Below are positions 20,659 through 30,364 of a stretch of DNA of 64,000 bases, one piece after another (the first letter of the stretch is position 1; each line of letters opens with the position of its first letter). The notes under the pieces were generated by a model that ran no database searches, was not told the DNA's origin, and saw nothing but the letters and a program-made list of their open reading frames with translations. Both the position numbers and the translations under genes were made by a program. The DNA is from Candidatus Bathyarchaeota archaeon (GTDB lineage Archaea; Thermoproteota; Bathyarchaeia; Bathyarchaeales; Bathycorpusculaceae), in assembly GCA_963739305.1 (NCBI GenBank), contig CAVTZU010000009.1, forward strand, positions 20,399 through 84,398, in the 5' to 3' direction.

Positions 20659-22431
20659 TTAGGATTTTTCGCTTGGAACCTGGACGAAAGAATTGTTCTT
20701 CCGTGTGAACATCGCGTCAGAGACGCGTTTTATCGCGTTCATGTAGGCTGCGATTCGCATGTTCACTTTGTACGTCAACGAGACACTAAGAACGGACTTG
20801 AAGGCTGTGACGATGGCGGTCTGCAGTTTTGCCCTGACTTCGTCCTCTGGCCAGTAGTAGTTCATTTGGTTCTGTACTTGCTCGAAGTAGCTGACGATGA
20901 CGCCTCCCGAGTTGGCTAATATGTCTGGAATCACGAAGACTCCGTTCTTGTAAAGGATTTCATCAGCCTCGGGTGTCGTCGGTCCATTAGCACCCTCCGC
21001 CATAATCTTAGCTTTGATTCTTCCTGCGTTTCTCACAGTTATTTGGTTCTCCAAAGCCGACGGAACAAGAATGTCACACTCCAATTCCAGGAGCTGTTCA
21101 TTCGTGATGTTCGTACTGCCTTTGTAGCCAACGACAGATCCAGTCTCGTTCTTGTGATCCATCACTCTTATTGGGTCAACGCCTTTTGCATTGTGTATTG
21201 CACCTTTGGAATCCGAGACAGCGATTATTTTGCATCCGAGGTCGTTGAGCAGCCGAGCAGAATGGAACCCAACGTTTCCGTATCCTTGGACGGCAACGGT
21301 AGCTCCCTTTAATTCGAGGCCCACGTGCTTCGCGGCTTCTATCACCGTGTACATAACGCCGCGCGAGGTAGCCTCATTTCTGCCTAAAGAACCGCCAACG
21401 CTGATTGGTTTTCCCGTAACGACACCGAAGGCGTTGTATCCAACGATTTCACTATACTCGTCCATTATCCATGCCATGGTCTGTGAATCGGTATATACAT
21501 CCGGGGCTGGAACGTCGTATCGTGGTCCAATGTTTCTTGCCATCGCTCGCGCGTAACCTCTTGTCAGTTTTTCAAGTTCTCCTTGGGACATTTCTTTGGG
21601 GTTGCATCTTATTCCGCCCTTGCCTCCGCCGAGAGGTAGTCCCGTGACAGCGGTCTTGAAGGTCATCCATGCTGACAACGCGACAACCTCGTCTAGCGTC
21701 AAGTCTGGATGATAACGAATGCCTCCTTTTGTTGGACCAAGCACGTCATTGTACTGAACTCGATATCCAGTGAAAACCTGTAGGCTTCCGTTATCCATGA
21801 TAACTGGAATGTTCACTATTATTGTTCTCATTGGTCGCTTGAGCATTTCGTGCAGTCCTGGATCAAGATTTAGTTTTTGGGAAGCTATGTCCAATAATCT
21901 CAGGACTGCTTCGTAAGGGTTTGGCGTGGCAACTATTGGGGCCAATGTTTCAAGCTTGATCGATACAGCAGTCTGCAGTTTCTCCGTTAGGTTCTGGAAT
22001 TTCTCCCGCGCAACCTCACCGTTCCCATTCGTGCTTCCGAAGAACCAAACATAGGCTTCGATTATTGATTCAGCTCTGTTGGAAGTAGCCGAACCAGCAG
22101 GGGACATTTTTGGGTTGGCAGAGAAATAGTCAATGATGGTACGCAGCATGTTAATTTCTTCTTTTGACATCTGAAGCCACTTGTTTATCGGTCGTGGTGC
22201 CTCAATCTGAATGTACTCTGTTTCGTTGACTTTCCTTTGAAGTTCTTCAAGTGTTTTCCATGAGTCTGCTTCCGGAATTCCAAAATTCTCCGAATAAGTC
22301 GTGACAAGTGCGTAATGGGCAGTCGTGTAGCTTTCTATCTTCGCAACCATTTCTGGTTTTTCAACGAAGAAGTCAGTCATCAGTTTAATCATTCCAAGCT
22401 CTCGTCCTGAAAGTTCAATAGGGCTTAACAT
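20659..22431 (-). CDS. gdhA: glutamate dehydrogenase with about 165-aa N-terminal extension
   Basis: GPTKGGIRYHP, GGGKGG, DVPAPD, QGYGNVG, EGANGP; ATG at 22431 preceded by GGTGAG (ORF track starts at 22527). Confidence 0.9.
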   Translation of the reverse strand: MLSPIELSGRELGMIKLMTDFFVEKPEMVAKIESYTTAHYALVTTYSENFGIPEADSWKTLEELQRKVNETEYIQIEAPRPINKWLQMSKEEINMLRTIIDYFSANPKMSPAGSATSNRAESIIEAYVWFFGSTNGNGEVAREKFQNLTEKLQTAVSIKLETLAPIVATPNPYEAVLRLLDIASQKLNLDPGLHEMLKRPMRTIIVNIPVIMDNGSLQVFTGYRVQYNDVLGPTKGGIRYHPDLTLDEVVALSAWMTFKTAVTGLPLGGGKGGIRCNPKEMSQGELEKLTRGYARAMARNIGPRYDVPAPDVYTDSQTMAWIMDEYSEIVGYNAFGVVTGKPISVGGSLGRNEATSRGVMYTVIEAAKHVGLELKGATVAVQGYGNVGFHSARLLNDLGCKIIAVSDSKGAIHNAKGVDPIRVMDHKNETGSVVGYKGSTNITNEQLLELECDILVPSALENQITVRNAGRIKAKIMAEGANGPTTPEADEILYKNGVFVIPDILANSGGVIVSYFEQVQNQMNYYWPEDEVRAKLQTAIVTAFKSVLSVSLTYKVNMRIAAYMNAIKRVSDAMFTRKNNSFVQVPSEKS

Positions 22432-22468
22432 TTTTCTCACCTTGTTTTCGCGAGAAGATAACAATGCA

Positions 22469-22506
22469 ATGTTCATGTATAGAAATGTTATGTACATCGT
22501 GTACAT
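22469..22506. promoter_or_regulatory. three RTGTWCAY boxes in the divergent gdh/KaiC-like promoter
   Basis: ATGTTCAT 22469, ATGTACAT 22490, GTGTACAT 22499. Confidence 0.55.
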
Positions 22507-22574
22507 GGCTGAACAACCATGTTCCACCTAAACCTTTTTAACGCTGCCAACCAAACAAAAAACGGAGACGTGGA

Positions 22575-23315
22575 ATGAAAAAGAACGAAGAAAACATGCT
22601 TTCAACAGGCATAGCCCAGTTGGATCAACTATTGGAGGGCGGGCTTTTCCTAGGCGAAAACGTCGTGTGGGAAGTGGAATCCGCAACTTTTGCAAGAGAA
22701 TTTCTCTACAATTTCATGAGACAGGGCATCAAGGAGGGAAATCAAGTTCTCTATCTGGATTTTATTTACCCTCCACAAGCGCTTATGCTGCAATTAAGAA
22801 ACTTGATCACGACTCTTCCCAAAGGATGGGAAAGCAAATTCCTCGTGCTAGACTGCTTCTCAGAATCCTCAGGCCAAGGTGAACTTGTATTTGTTGATTT
22901 CTACGACAAGGCACCTTCTTGGATCAGAAAGGTTCCAAGCTCAAAAGACCCTGAACAATTTCACAGGTTCTTCGGCAGAATTGAAAGAGAATTCGTATCC
23001 CCCGGAACAAGACTGGTTTTCAACAGTCTATCACTAATGGAGCACGTTTGGGGAAACGAGGCAGTGAAGACTTTCTTCAGTCACGTATGCCCTGCGTTGT
23101 ATGCGTATCAAACCTTGGCCTACTGGACAATAGCCAAGAATGCGCATCCAAAAGAATTCTGCGCCCTTATCGAACACATAACGCAAGTCGTGATCGACCT
23201 AAATAGAGAAGGCGAAAAAAGATTTCTGGAAGTCAAGAAAGCTGGCGGGAGATATTCCCAGCAAACCTATCAACGCCATGAATATTCAGTTGACGGGCTG
23301 AAAATCAGACTCTAG
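22575..23315 (+). CDS. KaiC/RAD55-like RecA-fold protein with degenerate Walker motifs
   Basis: LSTGIAQLDQLLEGGL start typical of the family; Walker A position reads EVESATFARE; Walker B position reads LVFNSLS. Confidence 0.8.
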   Translation: MKKNEENMLSTGIAQLDQLLEGGLFLGENVVWEVESATFAREFLYNFMRQGIKEGNQVLYLDFIYPPQALMLQLRNLITTLPKGWESKFLVLDCFSESSGQGELVFVDFYDKAPSWIRKVPSSKDPEQFHRFFGRIEREFVSPGTRLVFNSLSLMEHVWGNEAVKTFFSHVCPALYAYQTLAYWTIAKNAHPKEFCALIEHITQVVIDLNREGEKRFLEVKKAGGRYSQQTYQRHEYSVDGLKIRL

Positions 23316-23336
23316 CAAAACCCTTTGAAATTCTCC

Positions 23337-23354
23337 ATGTTCATGAATGTTCAT
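23337..23354. promoter_or_regulatory. tandem ATGTTCAT boxes upstream of the glutamate-synthase-family gene
   Basis: ATGTTCAT at 23337 and 23347 (10-bp period). Confidence 0.55.
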
Positions 23355-23441
23355 AGAACGTGATTCTGAGGTAAATACTTAAAAGTGCATTCAAAGTAAT
23401 CATCTACTTCCAAAAATTGGTAATGCTAAGGAGAGAAAAGA

Positions 23442-25049
23442 ATGACTGAACGTGTACAAAAGAACAGTTCGTACCTGAATGGAAAATCAACAACCGGGAC
23501 CCAAACGCGAGTCAAAGACACGAGTCCAACAAGCGGAATGTGCCCAATATGCATTCGCGACTGCCCGTTTCTATGCGAAATAAGCCTTTCAGCCTTTAGA
23601 GGAAGAGAAGCTCTCTATCCTGAACCGGTTCAATTCGGCTACAGCACCGCAGGAGCCCTCAAAGACTTCGGACTTGACTGGTCAAACTTCAACATACAAG
23701 CGGGACTATTTGAAGCAGACGGCATCGAACCAAACTCAGACCTGACCATTTTCCCCAACGTCAACATCGAAACAAAAGTCGGAGGCATACCACTCAAAGT
23801 TCCAATTTTGAACGGTGCATTTGGTTCAACAGACGTAGCAAGGCTCAACTGGGAAGGGTTGGCAGTCGGCGCAGCAATCTCCGGCGCATCGGTAATTGTC
23901 GGGGAAAACGTCTGCGGCATGGACCCTGAAGCAACCATCACGAACGGAAAAGTCACGTCGTCAAAAGAACTCAAACGCAGAGTTGACCTGTACAGAAAAT
24001 TCTGGGACGGAAAATACGGCGATATTGTCGTTCAGACCAACGTTGAAGATCAAAGACTAGGCGTCGACGTATATGCCATCTCGAAACTAGAAGTAAACGT
24101 CATTGAAAGAAAATGGGGACAAGGAGCAAAAGCAATCGGCGGCGAAGTAAGAGTTAGGGACTTGGAAAAAGCCAAACTTCTCAAGAAAAGAGGCTACATT
24201 GTTATACCAGACCCAGAAGACCCATCAGTCCAAAATGCCTTCAAGGAAGGCGTCTTCAAATCCTTCGAGAGACACAGCAGAGTCGGAATTCCAAAGGAAA
24301 AGAGCTTCATCGAAGACATCGAGTGGCTCAGAAAACAAGGCGCGAAAAAAGTAACGTTGAAAACAGGAGCATACAGACCCTCAGCGGTCGCTTGGACAAT
24401 GAAGATGGCCTCAGAAGCAAAAATTGACTACGTTTCATTCGACGGCGCAGCAGGCGGAACAGGTATGAGTCCTGTGCCTATGATGGATGAGATGAGTATT
24501 CCAACTGTCTACTTGGAAGCTATTGTCCTGAAGTGTGCACAACTACTGAAAAAGAAAGGACGCTACGTTCCAGACCTCATAATGGCAGGCGGGTTCATAG
24601 AGGAGACTTCGATATTCAAATCGATAGCCATGAGCAACTTTGGAGACGGACCATTCATAAAAGCCGTTTTGATGGGACGCTCGCCGATAACCGCAGCTTT
24701 CAAAGGAAGCTACTTCAAGCAGTTGTCAGATGAAGGCAAGTTGCCGAAAGCTTTTGCAGACAAATTCGGTTCAACACCGGACAAGTTCTTCATATCCGCA
24801 CCTGAACTCAAGAAAAAGTATGGTGAACGCTTCAAAGAAATACCATGGGAAGCAGTCGGCGTCTACACGTACTTAACAGACAGAGTTGGCGTAGGACTCA
24901 GGCAGCTCTTGGCAGGCAACAGAAAATGGAAACTGAACCTTCTCAGCAGAAACGACCTGATGAGCCTCTCAGAGAGAGCTACAAAAGTCACAGGCATACC
25001 GATGGCTGACGACTTCGAGAAAGACGCAGTCGAAAGGATCCTAGGTTAA
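23442..25049 (+). CDS. FMN-binding glutamate synthase family protein (GltB FMN-domain-like)
   Basis: CPICIRDC..C, GAFGST, KWGQGAKAIGGE, DGAAGGTGMSP, MAGG. Confidence 0.85.
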   Translation: MTERVQKNSSYLNGKSTTGTQTRVKDTSPTSGMCPICIRDCPFLCEISLSAFRGREALYPEPVQFGYSTAGALKDFGLDWSNFNIQAGLFEADGIEPNSDLTIFPNVNIETKVGGIPLKVPILNGAFGSTDVARLNWEGLAVGAAISGASVIVGENVCGMDPEATITNGKVTSSKELKRRVDLYRKFWDGKYGDIVVQTNVEDQRLGVDVYAISKLEVNVIERKWGQGAKAIGGEVRVRDLEKAKLLKKRGYIVIPDPEDPSVQNAFKEGVFKSFERHSRVGIPKEKSFIEDIEWLRKQGAKKVTLKTGAYRPSAVAWTMKMASEAKIDYVSFDGAAGGTGMSPVPMMDEMSIPTVYLEAIVLKCAQLLKKKGRYVPDLIMAGGFIEETSIFKSIAMSNFGDGPFIKAVLMGRSPITAAFKGSYFKQLSDEGKLPKAFADKFGSTPDKFFISAPELKKKYGERFKEIPWEAVGVYTYLTDRVGVGLRQLLAGNRKWKLNLLSRNDLMSLSERATKVTGIPMADDFEKDAVERILG

Positions 25050-25054
25050 CAATC

Positions 25055-25077
25055 CTTTCTTTTTCTTTTCTTTTTTT
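25055..25077 (+). terminator. oligo-T archaeal terminator
   Basis: T-rich pyrimidine tract CTTTCTTTTCTTTTCTTTTTTT just after the stop. Confidence 0.55.
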
Positions 25078-25127
25078 GCAAAACACATAGTAAACTTTAA
25101 ATTTTCGATTCCAAGAGCGAAGCCTCT

Positions 25128-26393
25128 TTGGAGAAGATTAACATGGCAAAAGAACGAACACCATACGGTGTTGCACTTGAACAGCTGAGACTTGCTGCTG
25201 AGAAATTGCAACTTGACAAAGGAATACACGCGATGCTGCAGGTACCTAAGAGATCCCTCTTAGTCACCGTTTCAATAAAAATGGACAAGGGCAGAATTGG
25301 CGTTTTCCAAGGAATGAGAGTCCAACACATGGACGCAAGGGGACCGTTCAAGGGTGGCATAAGGTATCATCCAGGCGTGAACCTGGACGAGGTTACCGCG
25401 CTGTCAATGTGGATGACATGGAAATGCTCAGTAATGGATATTCCATACGGTGGAGCCAAGGGCGGCATCTGCTGCAACCCAAAAGAAATGTCCAGAAATG
25501 AACTGGAGAACCTGACAAGACGTTACACTAGCATGATTTTCGACATCATCGGGCCATATCGCGACGTTCCAGCCCCGGATGTATATACGGATTCACAGAC
25601 GATGGCATGGATAATGGACACTTACAGTCAAAGACAGGGCTACAGTGTTCCAGAATGCGTCACGGGAAAACCTATCGCAATTGGCGGTTCAGAGGGCCGC
25701 AACGAAGCGACCTCATTAGGAGCCGACATATGTGTCAGAGAAGCATGCAAACAACTGAACATGAAGTTCAAAGGATCAACAATCGCAGTTCAAGGCTTCG
25801 GCAACGTTGGATGGAACGCAGCAAAAATAGCCCACGATTGGGGCGCAAAGATCCTAGCAGTAAGCGACTCGATGGGCGGAATATACTCTAAGGAAGGACT
25901 GAACCCATACAAGGTGTACGAACACAAACAGAAAACAGGATCAGTTGTGAACTTCAAAGGAACCGAGAACATAACAAATGAAGAAGTGCTTGGAACGAAA
26001 TGCGACGTACTCATACCAGCAGCCCTGGAAAATTCAATTACAAAGAAAAACGTTGACCAAGTAAAGGCAAAAATAGTTTCCGAAGGCGCAAACGGACCGA
26101 CCACTCCGGAAGCAGACGCAATTCTCTACGAAAAGAAAGTAATGCTCATCCCCGACATCCTAGCAAACGCCGGCGGAGTCACAGTCAGCTACTATGAATG
26201 GGTTCAAAACTTGGAACGGGAACACTGGCCGCTAGAAGAAGTCAACAGCAAACTCGAAGTCAAAATGGTCAAAGCATTCAAAGACGTGTACACGTCGTCG
26301 AGGAAAGAAGAGTGCAACATGCGAATCGCAGCTCTAATGCTGGGCGTCGGCAGAGTTGCCGATGCAATCAAGACTTTAGGTCTCTGGCCATAG
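25128..26393 (+). CDS. gdhA: glutamate dehydrogenase (canonical length)
   Basis: GPFKGGIRYHP, GGAKGG, DVPAPD, QGFGNVG, SYYEWVQN. Confidence 0.93.
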   Translation: MEKINMAKERTPYGVALEQLRLAAEKLQLDKGIHAMLQVPKRSLLVTVSIKMDKGRIGVFQGMRVQHMDARGPFKGGIRYHPGVNLDEVTALSMWMTWKCSVMDIPYGGAKGGICCNPKEMSRNELENLTRRYTSMIFDIIGPYRDVPAPDVYTDSQTMAWIMDTYSQRQGYSVPECVTGKPIAIGGSEGRNEATSLGADICVREACKQLNMKFKGSTIAVQGFGNVGWNAAKIAHDWGAKILAVSDSMGGIYSKEGLNPYKVYEHKQKTGSVVNFKGTENITNEEVLGTKCDVLIPAALENSITKKNVDQVKAKIVSEGANGPTTPEADAILYEKKVMLIPDILANAGGVTVSYYEWVQNLEREHWPLEEVNSKLEVKMVKAFKDVYTSSRKEECNMRIAALMLGVGRVADAIKTLGLWP

Positions 26394-26546
26394 CCAGAAA
26401 ACCTCACTTCTTTTTTTGTTTTGAACAACCTGAACTAGATTGAAGCCCACAACTTTGTTTTCTTCTCTTGATCTAAACTTTTAAACTACTGTCCTTATAT
26501 TTGCCTAGAGAATCGTTTCATCGTCCAGAGATAGAAGGGAGCAAGG

Positions 26547-27122
26547 ATGACCAGAACCGTCACTGCAAGAATTGAGAGTCTAGATTTCATTTTCGAAAAC
26601 TCACCTGCCAGAATCGTTGCAAACAGGAATAGCCCAGAGATCAAACTCGCTGGACTCTCTGTTGGCCCGTTCGAAGAAGGCAACGATTACGAAGTCTCTT
26701 ATTGGGTTGCCTTGGAACTGGCCAAATCGGGACTTGCTCATTTTCACGCAGAAGATCTGCTGGATGCTTCCAAGCTGAGCAAGATTCAATGGACCGAACG
26801 CGTTCAAACAGCAGGACAGATATCAAAATTGCCTGAAGGTTTCTACCCGAAACTCCGTCGGTATATTACCACACTTCGGGAAGGAATAGGCAACAACCCG
26901 GAAAAAATGAGGGAATATGAACGGGTCGATCAACTCACCAAAGACATCGTCAACTCAAGGTTGAAAAAGATCGTCTCAATCGCATCATCGCCAGCCCAGA
27001 CAGAGAATACCTTGCGCAACCTCACAGGAGAGGAGAGGCTCCTGTATGAACAGCTTTTCAAGGTCATCAATAACTGGAAGACGCAGATATTGAACCATAA
27101 GGAGAGCCACTCAGATGGTTGA
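26547..27122 (+). CDS. GINS subunit (Gins23/Psf2-like)
   Basis: GPFEEG..YWVALEL..ISKLPEGFY..RLKKIV; overlaps the MCM start. Confidence 0.8.
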   Translation: MTRTVTARIESLDFIFENSPARIVANRNSPEIKLAGLSVGPFEEGNDYEVSYWVALELAKSGLAHFHAEDLLDASKLSKIQWTERVQTAGQISKLPEGFYPKLRRYITTLREGIGNNPEKMREYERVDQLTKDIVNSRLKKIVSIASSPAQTENTLRNLTGEERLLYEQLFKVINNWKTQILNHKESHSDG

Positions 27123-29152
27123 AGAAGTAGAAATCGCGGACCCACAAGAACGTTTTCAGAATTTCCTGAAGACCGAAGAGTACAGACGAAGACTTTCGCA
27201 GATGGCGATGACCGGGAAAACATCTTTGACCGTTGAGTTCGAAGATCTTCTGGCCTTTGATCAAGCGCTCGCAGAGGAACTTCTAACTAAGCCTGACGAG
27301 TACCTCAAACACGCAAACAGCGCAGCTTACGCGCAGCTTCAAATAGAAGATCCTGAGTACGCCGAGAAAACAGCGGCAGTGGACGTCAGAATTGTCAAAC
27401 TTCTTGAACCCGCACCCTTGCGCAAGCTTGGTTCAGAGCACATCGGCAAGTTCGTCATGGTCGAAGGCATCGTCGTCCGTTCATCTCCTGTTCGCCCGAT
27501 GGTCATGCAAGCCGCTTTCAAGTGCAAACGGTGTGGAACAATAACACCTGTTAACCAGACTGGCACCTTCATGAGAGCACCTTTCGTCTGCAGCGACCCT
27601 AACTGCAGAAGCAAAGGACCTTACGAGTTTGTGCAGGAAGACTCAACATTCATAGACTCACAAGATCTACGCATTCAAGAAAGACCTGAAGATCTGCCTC
27701 CTGGACAACTGCCTAGAACCCTGAACATCAAGCTCATCGGCAGAGAGATCGTTGACATCGCCCGACCGGGCGACCACATTGCTTGCGTAGGTCCCATTCG
27801 CGCGTTGCCGCCCACGCTTCCCGGTGTAGGGAAGCTTCGGACTTTCATTCTCCACCTGGACGCCAACTCTATTGAAGTGTTGGGCAAAGAACCTGAGTCA
27901 GCCATGCCTTCACCTGAAGAGGAAGAAAGTATACTCGAGTTGGCGAAGGACCCTTGGGTTCACCGGAAAATCATAGCCTCGATTGCGCCGTCGATCTACG
28001 GCTATGACCACGTGAAGGAAGCAATAATGTACCTTCTCTTCGGCGGAGTGCCCAAAGCATTACCGGACATCGCGATCCGTGGCGAGATGAACGCCCTATT
28101 AGTGGGTGATCCTGGAACGGCGAAATCTCAACTGTTGCAGTATGTCGCCAGAATTGCCCCCCGTGGGTTGTACACGTCTGGGCGCGGTACCACGGCGGCT
28201 GGATTGACTGCTGCAGTCATCAGGGAAAAAGGCGGTGGGATGAGCCTCGAAGCCGGTGCATTGGTCCTTGCTGACAAAGGAATCGCATGTATTGACGAAA
28301 TGGATAAAATGCGTCCTGAGGACAGGGTGGCCATTCACGAAGCTATGGAGCAGCACACGGTTTCAGTTGCTAAAGGCGGCATCGTTGCAACCCTAAACGC
28401 CAGGACAGCAATACTCGCCGCGGCAAATCCTACGCTGGGAAGATATGAACCGCACCGAACAGTGGCAGAAAACATCTCATTGCCCGTAACGATACTTTCT
28501 AGGTTCGACTTGATTTTCGTTCTGAGGGACGTCCCAAACAAAGAGTCGGACTTGAAGATGTCAATGCACATCCTTGAGCTGCACAGAAAGGGGTCCAGTC
28601 CGGTCGAGCCGCCAATTGCTGTGGACTTGCTGCGGAAGTACATCAGCTACGCGAAAAGCGTGAAGCCCGTTTTGACTCAGGACGCACTGAAGAGGTTGAA
28701 CGACTTCTACTTGGCCATGCGCTCAGCGAGCGAAGTAGAAGGTTCACCTGTTGCAATTACAGCAAGACAACTTGAATCGCTTGTTCGCATATCCGAAGCC
28801 AGAGCACGATGTGCTCTGAGGAAGGAAGTTCTAGCTGAAGATGCTGAAGCCGCGATTGCGATAATGAAGCGATCACTGGAGGAAGTCGGCATTGACCTGT
28901 CCTCATACAAGTTCGACATCGACATAATCATGACGGGAAAGAGCAAGAGCACGCGCGATCGCTTGCAAGTAATTCTGGGTACTCTGATCGAAATGTCAAG
29001 GGATACGGGCATGGTGGAGAAAGGTGTGCTTGAGGCTGAGCTTGAGGAAAAATCACAAGATTCCGACGTCAGAATCGAGTCGTCTGCTGGGACAGTTACT
29101 TCGTGAAGGAACCATCTATGAACCCAGGGAAGGTTACTTGAAAAAGACATGA
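27115..29152 (+). CDS. mcm: MCM replicative helicase; +1 frameshift near 29050 hides the winged-helix C-terminus
   Basis: GDPGTAKSQ, IDEMDKM, SRFD, TARQLE; shifted frame gives ..LLREGTIYEPREGYLKKT* ending at 29152. Confidence 0.95.
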
Positions 29153-29200
29153 GCTAACTAGCGGAAGCATTTCAGTCTTTTTAAGAGGAGAAATCTCAGT

Positions 29201-30265
29201 CTAGAGGAATAATCCAGCGAGCACCGCGAGTCCCAAAGCAAGCAATCCAGCTAGCAGAGCCATCAGCGCACCGAAGGCAAACGGCTTAGCCCCGAGTTTA
29301 GCTATGTCTCTGAATTTCACTTTCATCCCAACTCCTGCGAAGCACGTTGCAAGCAGAAAAGGAATTATCGTATCCTTGAGCGTGCCCTTGACTGTGACCC
29401 AGTCGAAACCGATCTTAAGTAATTGAGGAGCATAGATGTCGAGAAGCGCGCAGAAAACCGAGTTAACTATGAACAGGATGCCATAAACAGGAAGGACTGT
29501 TTTTGTCCGAACTTCACCGACGGCTGACTTATCTTTTCTCGAGAAGAGATACGTAGCAACCAGTATCATCGGGCCGATCATGAAAATTCGAACGGACTTG
29601 ACGAGCACTGCAGGTCCAATAGCGTCAGAGTTCAAAGCGCCAGCAGCTGCAATAACTTGGGATGCCTCATGAATTCCGGACCCGCACCAAATGCTGAATA
29701 AGTTTGCGTTGTGCTTCAGCCATGTTCCAACGATAGTGTTGATGAAAAGGTAGGGATAAGCAAACATCGCGACGAGACCAAAGAGCGTTATGCAGGCTAA
29801 TGCAAGGCCTACTTCTTCCTCTCTGGCCTTTATTGCGGGCGCAGTTGCAGCTATTGCAGACGCTCCGCAGATCGCGGTTCCGACACCCACAAGAGTAGTC
29901 AGCGTCCTTTCAAGACCCATCTTCTTTCCCAACCAGGTGCCGAAGAAAAATGAAAACAAGACTACGACAAGCGCGTTCAGAATTCCAACTCCGACCTGCA
30001 GCCAGATTAGGGCGCTTGTGACGATGCCCAAGACGGCGATGACGGCTCTCAGAAGATCCTTTGAACAGAAATTTACTCCGATGCTGATGCTTTTCGGAAG
30101 GTTCGTCACGTTAGCTATAACGATGCTTATGATGAACGCCCACATCAGACTGCTTATCGGCTTGTAAAAAACGAAAAAGATGTAGGAAACAACTGCAACG
30201 GCGACGCAGAGAAGGATTCCGCGATAGAGAGTCTCTGACTGCGAATACGACTTATCGTCGCTCAT
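29201..30265 (-). CDS. YeiH/putative sulfate exporter family membrane protein
   Basis: GTAICGASAIAATAP, GSGIHEASQVIAA, VKSVRI. Confidence 0.88.
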   Translation of the reverse strand: MSDDKSYSQSETLYRGILLCVAVAVVSYIFFVFYKPISSLMWAFIISIVIANVTNLPKSISIGVNFCSKDLLRAVIAVLGIVTSALIWLQVGVGILNALVVVLFSFFFGTWLGKKMGLERTLTTLVGVGTAICGASAIAATAPAIKAREEEVGLALACITLFGLVAMFAYPYLFINTIVGTWLKHNANLFSIWCGSGIHEASQVIAAAGALNSDAIGPAVLVKSVRIFMIGPMILVATYLFSRKDKSAVGEVRTKTVLPVYGILFIVNSVFCALLDIYAPQLLKIGFDWVTVKGTLKDTIIPFLLATCFAGVGMKVKFRDIAKLGAKPFAFGALMALLAGLLALGLAVLAGLFL

Positions 30266-30364
30266 TATGAATCACTTCTCCTCTGTCTCCTTTCAATATA
30301 AGCTGAACGCACTCAAGCAGAGAGCTACGAAAACGGTTATTACGGTTTTCAAGGACATGTTCCT

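Noticed and set aside
22432-22527. First 32 codons of the 622-aa GDH ORF
   Set aside because: They overlap the promoter boxes; the ATG at 22431 has a GGTGAG ribosome-binding site.
29040-29060. Programmed frameshift in MCM
   Set aside because: One of many scattered indels with no common slippery site; sequencing error is more parsimonious.
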